Part shown: one piece after another, positions 38,567-48,364 of the stretch | How positions within the stretch are numbered: position 1 is the stretch's first letter | Layout of the letters: every line of letters starts with the position of its first letter | Source of the DNA: an uncultured Chloroflexia bacterium | Lineage (GTDB): Bacteria; Chloroflexota; Limnocylindria; QHBO01 | DNA length: 64,000 nucleotides | Reading direction: 5' to 3' | Assembly: GCA_963838125.1 (NCBI GenBank) | Contig: CAWIPT010000004.1 | Location: forward strand, 78,007-142,006 | Position numbers and translations under genes: made by a program | The notes under the pieces: generated by a model | The model's database searches: none | Told to the model about the DNA's origin: nothing | The model's input: the letters and a program-made list of their open reading frames with translations, nothing else

Positions 38567-39898
38567 ATGGCCGGACCGATGAGCACCGACCGCCGGACCA
38601 TCGTCTTCTTCCCCGAGGGCGCCCACGGACCCACGAACAACTGCATGGGCATTGGTGACGTCTTGCGTCAGCGCGGCCACCGGGTGGTGTTCATCGTCGA
38701 AGAGTCGTTCGCCGGCAGGCTGGAGGCGAAGGGTTTCGAAGAGCAGCTCATGCGGCTGGGGCCTCCTCCCGAGACAGAGGAGGTGGCTGGCCAGTTCTGG
38801 ATCGATTTCATCCGCGACACGGCTCCAGTCTTTCGCAAGAGCACGTTAGAGCAGCTGTCGGAGTTCATGGTGCCGACCTGGCAGGCCCTCATCGACGGTG
38901 CGAAGTACGTGGACGACCGGCTCCGCGAAATCCTCGACGAGCTGGCGCCGGATCTCGTAGTCGAGGACAACGTCGTCGGCTTCCCTGCGCTCTGGGCGTC
39001 GGGGCGGCCGTGGGCACGGATCATGAGCTGCAACCCGGCCGAGGCCAAGGACGCCGCCGTCCCGCCCTTCACCTCGGGCTACCCGGCTTCAGATCGAAGC
39101 CGGTGGCCGGAGTTCCTGGCCGAGGTGGATCGGACGCACCGTGCGATGTGGTCCGATTTCGACGCCTACACCCGGGAGCGCGGAGCGCCCGGCCTGACCT
39201 GGACCGCGGGTGGCCCCGACTTCATCGGTGAGTCGCCGTGGCTCAACCTGTACGTCTACCCGGCAGAGATGGACTATCACCGACTGCGACCGCTCTCGCC
39301 GACCTGGCATCGGGTCGAATCGTGCGTTCGCGCGACGGATGATCCGTGGGAGCTGCCCGCCGGCCTGCGGGACCGCGACGGAGCCCTCATCTACGTGTCG
39401 CTGGGGAGCCTGGGCTCGGCCGATGTTGAGCTGCTGCAGCGGCTCGTCAACGTGTTGGCGGAGACGCCGCATCGGATCATCGTGTCCAAGGGTCCGCTGG
39501 CCGAGCAGATCCACCTGGGCGAAAACATGACCGGTCAGGGGATCCTCCCCCAGCCGACCATCCTCCCCATGGTGGACCTCGTCATTACCCACGGCGGGAA
39601 CAACACCGTCACCGAGGCGTTCCACTTCGGCAAGCCGATGATCGTCCTGCCCATCTTCTGGGATCAGGTGGACAACGCCCAGCGGGTGGCCGAGACCGGC
39701 CACGGCATCCGGCTGCCCACCTACACCTTCGAAGACGACGGGCTCACAACAGCCGTCGATCGGCTTCTGGCCGATCAGCGACTCCGGGATCGAATGGCCG
39801 ATAGCGCGCGCCGGCTCCAGGCGAATCCAGGGACCGAGCGGGCGGCGGACCTGATCGAGCGAGTCGCCCAGAGCGGGGAGCCGGCCCTCGGTCAGTGA
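38567..39898 (+). CDS. GT1-family (MGT/UDP-glycosyltransferase-like) glycosyltransferase
   Basis: ORF 38351..39898 from ATG 38567 (or 38579): IVFFPEGAHGPTNNCMGIGDVLRQRGH, ITHGGNNTVTEAFHFGKPMIVLPIFWDQVDNA. Confidence 0.8.
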   Translation: MAGPMSTDRRTIVFFPEGAHGPTNNCMGIGDVLRQRGHRVVFIVEESFAGRLEAKGFEEQLMRLGPPPETEEVAGQFWIDFIRDTAPVFRKSTLEQLSEFMVPTWQALIDGAKYVDDRLREILDELAPDLVVEDNVVGFPALWASGRPWARIMSCNPAEAKDAAVPPFTSGYPASDRSRWPEFLAEVDRTHRAMWSDFDAYTRERGAPGLTWTAGGPDFIGESPWLNLYVYPAEMDYHRLRPLSPTWHRVESCVRATDDPWELPAGLRDRDGALIYVSLGSLGSADVELLQRLVNVLAETPHRIIVSKGPLAEQIHLGENMTGQGILPQPTILPMVDLVITHGGNNTVTEAFHFGKPMIVLPIFWDQVDNAQRVAETGHGIRLPTYTFEDDGLTTAVDRLLADQRLRDRMADSARRLQANPGTERAADLIERVAQSGEPALGQ

Positions 39899-39941
39899 CT
39901 CGATCTGAGTCGCACCGGGTGCTAGTCTGGACCGGAACCGG

Positions 39942-40017
39942 GCGGGAGTAACTCAGCCGGTAGAGTGTCTGCTTCCCAAGCAGGATGTCGCGGGTTCGAG
40001 CCCCGTCTCCCGCTCCA
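39942..40017 (+). tRNA. tRNA-Gly (anticodon CCC), CCA encoded
   Basis: Hand-folded cloverleaf: acceptor GCGGGAG/CTCCCGC, D arm ACTC-AGCCGGTA-GAGT, anticodon loop TTCCCAA (CCC 39975-39977), T arm GCGGG-TTCGAGC-CCCGT, discriminator T, CCA. Confidence 0.9.
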
Positions 40018-40096
40018 CTCCTCAGCCACCACCCAGGAAGACACCCTTGTCGAGGGTCCTCCGTCTCGCGTCCCGGCCGCCGACGCGCCGAACTGC

Positions 40097-42039
40097 CTAT
40101 CCGGCAGCGTGATACCGGTAACCGAAGCCCCGGACCGTCTCGATCAACGCGGCCCGCTCGCCGAGCTTCCGGCGGAGTGAGCGCACGTTCGCCTCGATCA
40201 CGTTGCTTCCGCTGTCGTCGTCGTAGCCCCACACGTCACGGAGCAGGGCGGACCGCTCGACGACCGTCCCCTGCCGCTCGTGGAGATAGCTGATGACGTC
40301 GAACTCGAGCTTCGTCAGGTCCACGCGCTGGCCGTCGAGGACGAGCTGGTGCTGGACCAGGTCGAGGATCGAGCCTTCCTCGATCTGCAGCTCCCCGGCG
40401 ACGAGCCGCGACAGCCAGCCATCGACGGACGCCGGCCCGAAGTCGAGCAGAAGCGGGTGGTAGGGGACGCCGTCCAGCTGCGGCGGGTCACCCGGCAGCA
40501 GCTCGAAGCCAAGGGGCGAGTTAACCATCGGTTCGTACGTGCTCTCGTGGCGGGTCACCGTGTAGAGGCGGCGCAGCTGCGGCCGGAGCTCCATGTAGCG
40601 CCGCTTCAGGTCGAGCCAGAGCGCGGCCTGCACGGGTGAGTACGCCTCGCCGAACTCGCGGCTGATCATCGTCCGGCTGAACAAGATTCGAGCGCCGTGC
40701 GCGACCGGGTGGCTGCGCAGGTGGTCCCAGTACCGGCGAATGACCGGGTCCTCCTGCACGAGCCGATGGCTCACGCGGTCCATCTCTCCATACATGGAGA
40801 AACCGGCGACGGCCCCGGCCCGGTCACGCGCGACACGGAAGGTGCCGGGAGCCAGCCGCCACCAATTGTCGAGGACCGCGATCGAGCGTCCGGCTCGTGG
40901 CGTGCGGTGATCTCCGCGATCGCGGGCCGATCCTCCGGCCTTGCGACCTCGACCGAGAAGAGGTGCTCGGTGGTCGGGAAGAACGCTTCGCGGACGGCCG
41001 GGTTCTGGAGGATGTAGAGCAGGTCCGCCGTGTAGCGCCACATCTCCTGGATCGAGGCGCGGTTGGCCTCCTCGCGGAGCTGTCGCCAAGCTGCCGCGCG
41101 GTACCGCCGGGACCGATCTGGGTCAGACGAGAGGAGCTGAGCGGCGACGGCCTCGCGGACGGTGTCGTGGAGGACGAGTCCATCATCGCTGAGCTCGACG
41201 AAGGGGAGCGCCCACAGGCGCTCATAGGCGTCCTGGGGGGCGGACTCGGGCAGCATCGCCGCGAGGAGCGACAGAGTCGTCCGCCGCACGACCGACGCGG
41301 CGTCCAGCGCGCGGCGTGTTCCGGGGTCGAGGACGCCGAGATAGAGGTCGGTAAGCCCTTCGATGACCGCCTTGACCGTGACGGAATCAAGGCTCGCACC
41401 CGGTCGCTCCGCCAGCGCCGACGCGGCCAGTCGCAGCGACAGGGGATGACCCCGAGCGACGTGGTAAATGCGCTGGGCATCGTCGCGGGCAACGCCCGCA
41501 CGCTCGAGCAGGGTCGCGACCGCGCCCGGCTCGAGGTTCCCGAGTGGCAGGCCGCGGAATAGCACGCCCATGGCGCTGGGCCAGCCCGTCATGGGGGACT
41601 CGCGGCCGGAAAGGACGAGGCGCACGTTGTCGCTGAGCGCCGGCACGAACGCCAGGCGCAGCCACGGGTCCAGGATCCGGAACAGCTCGTAGGTATCGAT
41701 GATCAGGACCACGCGCTCGCCGAGCTGGCCCAGCCGAGTTGCGGCGTCGCCGGCCGTCGCCAGCTGGCCGCCGGTCCTCTCCTCCAGCGCGTCGAGGAAC
41801 CCGCGCTCAGTCGGCTCCATGGACCGGCAGTCCAGGCGGAGCACCGTGGCCGCGTGGGCCCGGGCCTCCCCCGCGAACGCATCCACGAGCGCGGTCTTGC
41901 CGATCCCGGCCAGCCCATGAACATAGACGATGAGCGGACCTGGATCGTCCAGCAGCTGGCGGAGGACTGCCAGCTCGTCGTCGCGTCCGACCACGCCAAC
42001 CACCTGCTCATCCATGAGTTGGCGGACGGTACGACCCAT
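40097..42039 (-). pseudogene. P-loop (STAND/AAA-like) ATPase / GNAT-like middle domain / OmpR-type winged-helix DNA-binding regulator, one frameshift as assembled
   Basis: ORF 40771..42039 (VVGRDDELAVL, VHGLAGIGKTAL, VVLIIDTYE, ARGHPLSLRL) plus ORF 40097..41089 (LTKLEFDVISYLHERQGTVV, SNVIEANVRSLRRKLG, VRGFGYRY). One base is missing near 40890 (ITARHEP-GRSIAVLDNWW). Confidence 0.75.
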
Positions 42040-42128
42040 TCGCTGAGTCTGCGCCGCCTGTCAATCGCTCCACGGGGACGGCCAGGGTCTCGATGACCGG
42101 TCCCTGGCCGAGCCCTGTGAGCGGTGCG

Positions 42129-42632
42129 TCAGTGGCCAGGCCCGCGCAGGATGACGAGCGTCCCTTGGAAGCAGGGTCCGCTCGGCGCCTCGGCGCAGGC
42201 GACCTGCGTGTACTGCCCCTCCACTCGGATTCCCCCTGAGCCAGCCCGCGGTGACCTCTCCCGTGATCACCGCCTGGAGCCGTTAGTCAAGCCGGTCTGA
42301 ACGACGTGAACAAGCGCTGTGAACGAATGCCTTGAGCCACTGAAGTGGTACGTGGCGTCGATCACGAGGCCGGTGTCCGTAACCTCGAGGTTGAGAATTT
42401 CGCCAGCGTACGAGCCGCTGCCGACGTCGCCGCCCACGAAGCCTGTCATGGCCGGAAACGCGGAGATCCACTTGGTGAAGCTGTTCTCGGCGTTACGGTG
42501 ATCCCGGCTGTCGGCGAGCGCTGACCCCGCCCCCAGCGAAATGGTCAGGAGCGTCGTGCCGGCGAGCAGAGCGATCGCGCGCCGTCCTTGGCCTCGGTTG
42601 GCCGAGGTGGTCCCCGTTCGATGGGTGTTCAT
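42129..42632 (-). pseudogene. Small secreted protein of unknown function, two frameshifts as assembled
   Basis: ATG 42632 after AGGAGG; signal-like RRAIALLAGTTLLTISLGAGSALA (ORF 42267..42752). Continues AVITGEVTAGWLRG (ORF 42061..42270), then IRVEGQYTQVACAEAPSGPCFQGTLVILRGPGH-TGA (42129). Confidence 0.5.
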
Positions 42633-42839
42633 CTGGTGCCTCCTGATTGAGCTGCTCCCGCGCTCCGGAACCGATGTGTCCGGGCTCCCGCGGATGTCGG
42701 CTCGACCGTAAAGCGGGGCGGGTGCCGTGGCGCACGCACGAGATGAAAACAATCTGAAGACCGCACGAAGCGGATATCGACGAGCTGATGCCCTCGTGGC
42801 GCGGCCCGCGCCGTGGGCGACCAGGAGGCTGGCTGAGCC

Positions 42840-43253
42840 CTATTTCGCGCGCATCTGGTTGTTGCGCGCCTCGTGGGTGAGCTCCGCCAGGCCGAGCGCC
42901 TCGAGCAGCGGCGGCATGTACATCCCGAACCGGCCGCGATAGCCCTTCCGCAGCCCGTACCAGCCGCCGACCGGGTTGTCCGCCGCACGACCCCAGGCCT
43001 CGACCGTCCCGGGCGCCGCGTCCTTGCTTTCATCGGCGGCACCCAGCGGCATCCAGTCGCCGTGGGCCTTGAGCATGGCGTGCAGATCCTCGATGGCGCG
43101 CAGGTCGTACTTCAGCTGCGTCGATCCGACCTGGCACACGATGGCCGGCGGATCGGCCGACTCGTCTCGCCACATCTGGTAGTCCGAGGTGCCGGGCGGC
43201 GTCTTCAGGACCCAGGGGTCGTCCTTCGTTCCGCTGCCGGTAGCTGGTGACAT
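42840..43253 (-). CDS. Conserved hypothetical protein
   Basis: Intact 137-aa ORF (GTKDDPWVLKTPPGTSDY, GGWYGLRKGYRGRFGMYMPPLLEALGL). ATG preceded by GGAGGA and lying in TGACCGATG. Confidence 0.6.
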   Translation of the reverse strand: MSPATGSGTKDDPWVLKTPPGTSDYQMWRDESADPPAIVCQVGSTQLKYDLRAIEDLHAMLKAHGDWMPLGAADESKDAAPGTVEAWGRAADNPVGGWYGLRKGYRGRFGMYMPPLLEALGLAELTHEARNNQMRAK

Positions 43254-43329
43254 CGGTCAATCCTCCGCGGTCGAATGGGTGGGTCCGAAAGTGTAGGGCG
43301 GGCGTCGGGCGAAGGCTAGGATTTGACCG

Positions 43330-44232
43330 ATGCTCGATGCGGTCACCGGCGCCTTCAGCTTCACCGGCAGGGCCATCACCGGCCAGCTGCTGGCCGAGGG
43401 ACGCGAGGTCGTCACGTTCGTCCGCCGTCCTGCCCCGCCAGAGGCGGATCCGCGGATCCGGACCGCGCCGTTCGCCGTCGACGATCCAGCCGCCCTGGCC
43501 GCGGCGTTCCGCGGAGTCGACACGTTCTACAACACGTACTGGATCCGGTTCGAACGAGGGGAAATGACCTTTGATGAGGTCATCCGCAGAACGAGGCTGC
43601 TGCTGACCGCTGCCAGCCAGGCCGGGGTGCGGCGCATCGTCCATGTCAGCGTGGTCAACGCCGGCCCCTCGGCGCCGACGACGTACTTCACCGCCAAGGC
43701 TCGTCTGGACGACGTCGTCCGCGCGTCGGGCCTGTCGCACGCCATCGTGCGCCCGACGCTGACGTTTGGACCAGGTGACATCCTGGTCAACAACCTGTGC
43801 TGGGTGCTCCGCCGCGTCCCGGCCTTCGCCATTCCGGGTGACGGCGAGTACCGCCTCCAGCCGGTCCACGTCGAGGACGCGGCCCGGATCGCCATCGCGG
43901 CCGGCCGCGAGACGCGGGACGTGGACGTCGACGCCGCGGGCCCGGACATTCTCACCTTCAACCAGTTCGTGCGGCTGCTGGCCGACGCCGTCAGCAGCGG
44001 GGCGTGGCTGTTCCACGCGCCGCGGCCGGTGTCCTACCTCGGCGCACGGGTTCTGGGTCTGCTGGTGCGCGATGTCATGCTCACCCGGGACGAGGTGACC
44101 GAGCTGACGGCGAGCCTCCTCGTGTCGGCACAGCCGCCGACGGGGCGTATCGGTCTCTCGGCCTGGGCGTCAGCCCACGCGGACGAGCTGGGCCGGACCT
44201 ACCACTCGGAGCTCAACCGGCACTACCGCTAG
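43330..44232 (+). CDS. NAD(P)-binding Rossmann protein (NmrA/atypical SDR, epimerase-like)
   Basis: Intact 300-aa ORF: VTGAFSFTGRAI, RIVHVSV, YFTAKARLDD. Confidence 0.7.
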   Translation: MLDAVTGAFSFTGRAITGQLLAEGREVVTFVRRPAPPEADPRIRTAPFAVDDPAALAAAFRGVDTFYNTYWIRFERGEMTFDEVIRRTRLLLTAASQAGVRRIVHVSVVNAGPSAPTTYFTAKARLDDVVRASGLSHAIVRPTLTFGPGDILVNNLCWVLRRVPAFAIPGDGEYRLQPVHVEDAARIAIAAGRETRDVDVDAAGPDILTFNQFVRLLADAVSSGAWLFHAPRPVSYLGARVLGLLVRDVMLTRDEVTELTASLLVSAQPPTGRIGLSAWASAHADELGRTYHSELNRHYR

Positions 44233-44247
44233 CCAGGTGCCGAGGGG

Positions 44248-44745
44248 CTAGGCCTCGTCCTCGTCCGTCTCCCCAATCTCCTCGACCGGTGGCCCCGAGC
44301 CGTCGAGCGCCAGGACCGCTCCCTCCTCGCCGGTCGCCACGTCCACCAGCTCGGACGAGTCGCGGATGTCGCCGGTGATCTCCTCCTCGGCATCGACGAT
44401 GCGGACGATGGCGAAGCTGACCTGCGGTGGGATGGCGGCCGAGATCACGACCTCGCCAATGCGGTACGGCGACCGCTTCGCGCGCAGGGCATTGTTCGCC
44501 TTCTCCTGGAGGGCGGTGGCCTTGATCACGACATCGGCCAGGAGCCCGGGGTCGATCTTCTCGACGATGGTGGTGATGCCGCGGCGAGCCTTGCCAGCCA
44601 CCCGGCGCGCCTCGAGGCCGGCCTGCGCCATCTGGACCCGGGCCTGGGCCTGGGTAGTGGGATCGGAGATCTTCTGCTGGGCCTGTGAGGCGGCATCGGT
44701 CGCGGCCTGCTGGGCCTGCTCCATGGCCTTCTTGAAGGCGTCCAT
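44248..44745 (-). CDS. Hypothetical protein, helical Q/A-rich N-terminus and acidic C-terminus
   Basis: Intact 165-aa ORF with protein-like composition and an ATG start; no recognisable motif. Confidence 0.45.
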   Translation of the reverse strand: MDAFKKAMEQAQQAATDAASQAQQKISDPTTQAQARVQMAQAGLEARRVAGKARRGITTIVEKIDPGLLADVVIKATALQEKANNALRAKRSPYRIGEVVISAAIPPQVSFAIVRIVDAEEEITGDIRDSSELVDVATGEEGAVLALDGSGPPVEEIGETDEDEA

Positions 44746-44799
44746 GTCGGCGCAGTATCGGGCCTCGGGCGGGGTCCGTCACGCCCGAACCGGTGCTCC

Positions 44800-45651
44800 C
44801 TAGCTCAGGTAGGGATCTCCGAGCACCAGGTCGTTCGGGCCACGGTCGAACTCGACCCGCAACAGGCGAGCAGGCGCTTCGAGGACCTCGAAGGTCAGCC
44901 GGCGTTCCTGGTCGTCGCTCCAGGCAACTGCCAGATTCCCGGGTCCCTCCGGATGGACCGATTCCTCCGCGTCGAGAATCAGCTCCTTCCCGTCGGCTTG
45001 GGTCACACGGATGCGCCCGTCGGCGGGGTAGAGGAGCAGCCCGCGGTTCGGCTCCAACGTGGCCGCGAGCGTTGCGCCATCGGTCAAAACGGAATCGGAG
45101 TAGCGCCGGATCCCGCTGTGGTTGACCGTGAACCCCGAGCTCGGTCCCACCAGCTCGACCGTGTCGACGCCCGACCCCTCATTGATGGGGTCGAGGTCCG
45201 CGGCCTTGAGCAGCGCGAACTCGGCGACGGGGATGGGCGGTTGGGTATCGGGGTGGTAGACGAGGATGAACGCGCGGGTCACCTGCTCGGCCCCGTTCCA
45301 CTCCTGGTGGTACATGCCGCGCACGCCCTCGGTCAGGCGGCCCAGGTCACCCTCCTCCATCGTGCCGCGGATGTGGTTCAGGGCGTCATCGTGTTCGACC
45401 TGGCCGGACAAGATGTAGAACAGCCGCTCGTTGGTCCGGTGGGGATGGTGGCCGATGCCGAAGCCGGGCTGGAAGTAACCGTCGTGGATCATGAGAAACG
45501 GGCCCAGGTGCTGGACCGGAACGTAGGGTCCCACGCTCTCGATAGCGATCAGCCCGTGGACGCCGAACTGCGCTTCGCCCACGCGGAAGAAGTGCCCGGA
45601 TCCCACCACCGTCAGGTCGGTGTCGAGCTGGATGTCCGCGAACGGCTCCAC
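44800..45651 (-). CDS. Pirin family (bicupin) protein
   Basis: C-terminal 283 codons of ORF 44800..46512: GIGHHPHRTNERLFYILSG; second cupin half follows. Start GTG 45651 is tentative. Confidence 0.7.
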   Translation of the reverse strand: MEPFADIQLDTDLTVVGSGHFFRVGEAQFGVHGLIAIESVGPYVPVQHLGPFLMIHDGYFQPGFGIGHHPHRTNERLFYILSGQVEHDDALNHIRGTMEEGDLGRLTEGVRGMYHQEWNGAEQVTRAFILVYHPDTQPPIPVAEFALLKAADLDPINEGSGVDTVELVGPSSGFTVNHSGIRRYSDSVLTDGATLAATLEPNRGLLLYPADGRIRVTQADGKELILDAEESVHPEGPGNLAVAWSDDQERRLTFEVLEAPARLLRVEFDRGPNDLVLGDPYLS

Positions 45652-45717
45652 GGCCGACAGCCTAGCCCAGGCCCGGGGTATGCGCTGGATCGGGGGAGGC
45701 GCTATGGTCCGCAGAGC

Positions 45718-46470
45718 ATGCCCGCCAGCACTCTCGACGAGCTCGTCGAACAGTACCGCGACCATGACTGCCCGGACCCGAACTGCGTGGCGATGTCGGC
45801 CGCCGCCAACCTGCCCACCCGGTTCGGGCACTTCCAGGTGGTGGCCTTCGGCGAGAAGAGCGGCCTGGAGCACGCGGCCCTGATCAAGGGCGAGCCGTGG
45901 GATCAGGAGGACGTCCCGGTCCGCCTCCATTCCGAGTGCCTCACTGGCGACGCCATCGGCTCCCTGCGCTGCGACTGCCGCGACCAGCTGGAGGCCGCGC
46001 TGCGGTTCATCGGTCAGCAGCAGGCGGGCATCCTGCTGTACCTGCGCCAGGAAGGCCGTGGGATCGGCCTGGTCAACAAGATCCGGGCCTACGACCTCCA
46101 GGACGACGGTCTGGACACGGTCGAGGCCAACCAGGCGCTGGGGTTCCGCGACGACGAGCGTGACTACGGGGTCGCGGCCCACATGCTCCAGCTGATGCGC
46201 GTGCAGTCCATCCGGATCATCACCAACAACCCGCGCAAGATCGCCGGGCTCGAAGAGCACAAGGTCCGGATCGCCGGCCGCATCCCGCTGGTCGTGGCGC
46301 CGAACGAGCACAACGTGTTCTACCTGTCGACCAAGGCTCGACGGTCGGGCCACTACATCGACCTCGGCGGGTACGAGCACCTGGACGAGCAGCTGGACCG
46401 CCCGATCGTGGAGGGCATGAGCCCGGCCGCCATCGCCGAGATCGAGGAGGCCGAGAACGGCGCCGCCTGA
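45718..46470 (+). CDS. ribA: GTP cyclohydrolase II
   Basis: ORF 44953..46470 from ATG 45718: VPVRLHSECLTGDAIGSLRCDCRDQL, LYLRQEGRGIGLVNKIRAY, ITNNPRK. Confidence 0.9.
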   Translation: MPASTLDELVEQYRDHDCPDPNCVAMSAAANLPTRFGHFQVVAFGEKSGLEHAALIKGEPWDQEDVPVRLHSECLTGDAIGSLRCDCRDQLEAALRFIGQQQAGILLYLRQEGRGIGLVNKIRAYDLQDDGLDTVEANQALGFRDDERDYGVAAHMLQLMRVQSIRIITNNPRKIAGLEEHKVRIAGRIPLVVAPNEHNVFYLSTKARRSGHYIDLGGYEHLDEQLDRPIVEGMSPAAIAEIEEAENGAA

Positions 46471-46474
46471 ACGG

Positions 46475-47170
46475 GTGGCCCTCATTGCCGGGGCCGCAGG
46501 CGGCCTGGGCACGGTCGTCAGCCACGATCTCGCGGCATCAGGCTGGCGCGTGGCACTGGTCGGATCCAGGCGGGCTCCACTCGAGAAGCTGGGTGCGGAC
46601 CTCGGGGTGGACGCGGACCGATGGATGGCGGCCGATGCCGACCTTCGCCAGGCCGACGCCGCTTCCGCGGTAGTCTCAGCCGTCGTCGATCGGTTCGGAA
46701 GGGTGGATGCTCTCGTCCACGTGGTCGGGGGCTACCACGGTGGAGAGTCGGTGGTCGACGTCCGGGACGCGGAAGTCGGGGCGATGCTCGCCCAGCATCT
46801 GTGGACCACCCTGAACATGGTCCGGGCCGTCGTCCCGGTCATGACCGAGGCCGGCTGGGGTCGAATCGTGGCCGTCTCGTCGCCGTTTGCCTCCGCGCCC
46901 GGCAAGGCCGTGGCGCCGTACGCCATTGGCAAGGCGGCCCAGGAAGCGCTGCTCGGGGGGTTGGCCCGCGAGGTGGCGGGAAGCGGGGTCACCGTCAACC
47001 TGGTGCTGGTAAAGACCATCGACGTGGACCACAAGCGCGACGCCGAGCCGAGTCCCAAGACCGCGTCCTGGACCACGCCGGAGGAGATCTCGGCCGTCAT
47101 CGGTGACCTCCTGAGCGATGACGCCAGGGCCGTGAACGGAGCGAAGATTCCGCTCTTCGGCAATGGCTAG
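46475..47170 (+). CDS. SDR family oxidoreductase
   Basis: ORF 46475..47170: ALIAGAAGGLG, VAVSSPFAS, YAIGKAA. Confidence 0.8.
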   Translation: MALIAGAAGGLGTVVSHDLAASGWRVALVGSRRAPLEKLGADLGVDADRWMAADADLRQADAASAVVSAVVDRFGRVDALVHVVGGYHGGESVVDVRDAEVGAMLAQHLWTTLNMVRAVVPVMTEAGWGRIVAVSSPFASAPGKAVAPYAIGKAAQEALLGGLAREVAGSGVTVNLVLVKTIDVDHKRDAEPSPKTASWTTPEEISAVIGDLLSDDARAVNGAKIPLFGNG

Positions 47171-48265
47171 GCCGGCGTCGCGCCTCCGCGTCGTTGGCCT
47201 GGCCGCGGTGGCCATCGCTCTCGCGGCCTGCCAGCCATCTCAGGTCCGTCAGCCCGAGCCCGTCGATCACCGGCTCACCGTCCGCACCAGCCTCCGGAGA
47301 AGCGTCCGTGGAGCCCTCCATCGGATTGACCGGCTGGCGTCTCATCGAATCGTCCGCGACCGGGGCCGCTCCGTCTGCGCGGGAAGACCACACCTGGACT
47401 GCGGATGCTGACGGCGAGCTCGCGTACCTGTTCGGCGGTCGTGGCGATTCGGGTCCCGTCGCCGACCTGTGGGCGTACGACTACGCCGACGGCACGTGGC
47501 AGCAGCTGGCGGGCGGGCCGCCGCCCCGCTTCGGGCACAACGCGGCATGGGTGCCCGGGGTGGGCCTGGTGATCTTCGCCGGCCAGGCCGGCTCGACCTT
47601 CTACAACGACCTGTGGGCCTACGACCCGGCGGATGACCGCTGGACCCAACTGCCAGCTGGCGGCTCGCCGCCCGTTCCGCGCTACGGCAGCTGTGCGGCG
47701 CTGGGACCCGACGGACGTCTCTGGATCAGCCACGGTTTCACGAGCGAGGGGGCACGGTTTGCCGATACGCGCGCATATGACTTCGCGACCACGACCTGGA
47801 CCGACGAAACGCCGGTCAGCGACGCGCCGGTCGAGCGATGCCTGCACGGCTGCTGGTGGACCGATGACGGGCGATTCATCCTGTATGCCGGCCAAACGAC
47901 AGGTGCTACTGCCCTGGGAGACTTGTGGGTACTGACCGTCGGCCCACGCCCGGGGACCAACAGCTGGGTCGAGGCTGCTCCTCCACCGCCGCCGGCTCGA
48001 AACCTGTATGCCGCCGCCCGATGGGAGGGCGGCAGCGTTGTGTTCGGCGGCCAGGACCCCGAGGGGCGTTCCATCGGCGACCTGTGGTTCGTGTGGGACG
48101 ACGAACGGTCGCCTACGACCTACCAGGAGAGCGGTGAGGTGTGGCCGTCTCCACGATGGGGCTCGGAGCTGGTCGACCGATCCTGTGCGGGGCCGGCTGC
48201 TCGTGTTCGGCGGCCGAGACGGCGACGGCACCTTCGACGATCTGTGGGAGTTGACCGTCCCGTAA
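47163..48265 (+). pseudogene. Kelch-repeat lipoprotein, two frameshifts as assembled
   Basis: ORF 47163..47411 (lipobox AIALAAC), ORF 47194..48867 (repeats DLWAYDYADGTWQQL, DLWAYDPADDRWTQL, GDLWVL), ORF 48008..48265 (RGRLLVFGGRDGDGTFDDLWELTVP). Second break is CC 48177-48178 inside GACCGATCC. Confidence 0.75.
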
Positions 48266-48364
48266 CACGCGGGCCGGTCCTGTACCATGGCCCCTCGCCC
48301 ACCCCCGCCGGGCTCGGCATTGCGCCACCGCCCGCTGTAAACCGCACAGGAGTCATCCGACCGC

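Noticed and set aside
39899-40096. tRNA-Gly as an integration hotspot, or a genomic island starting here
   Set aside because: No integrase, recombinase or transposase lies nearby. I found no direct repeat of the tRNA 3' end downstream. There is no obvious compositional change, and the flanking genes are ordinary chromosomal functions.
42633-42839. Riboswitch (e.g. c-di-AMP/ydaO-type) in the ~200-nt leader of the small secreted protein gene
   Set aside because: I could not match the leader to any consensus I know. It contains GC-rich stems, but nothing is diagnostic without a covariance-model search.
45652-45717. FMN riboswitch upstream of ribA
   Set aside because: Only ~66 nt separate the divergent pirin and ribA starts. 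That is too short for an FMN element, and none of its conserved segments are recognisable.
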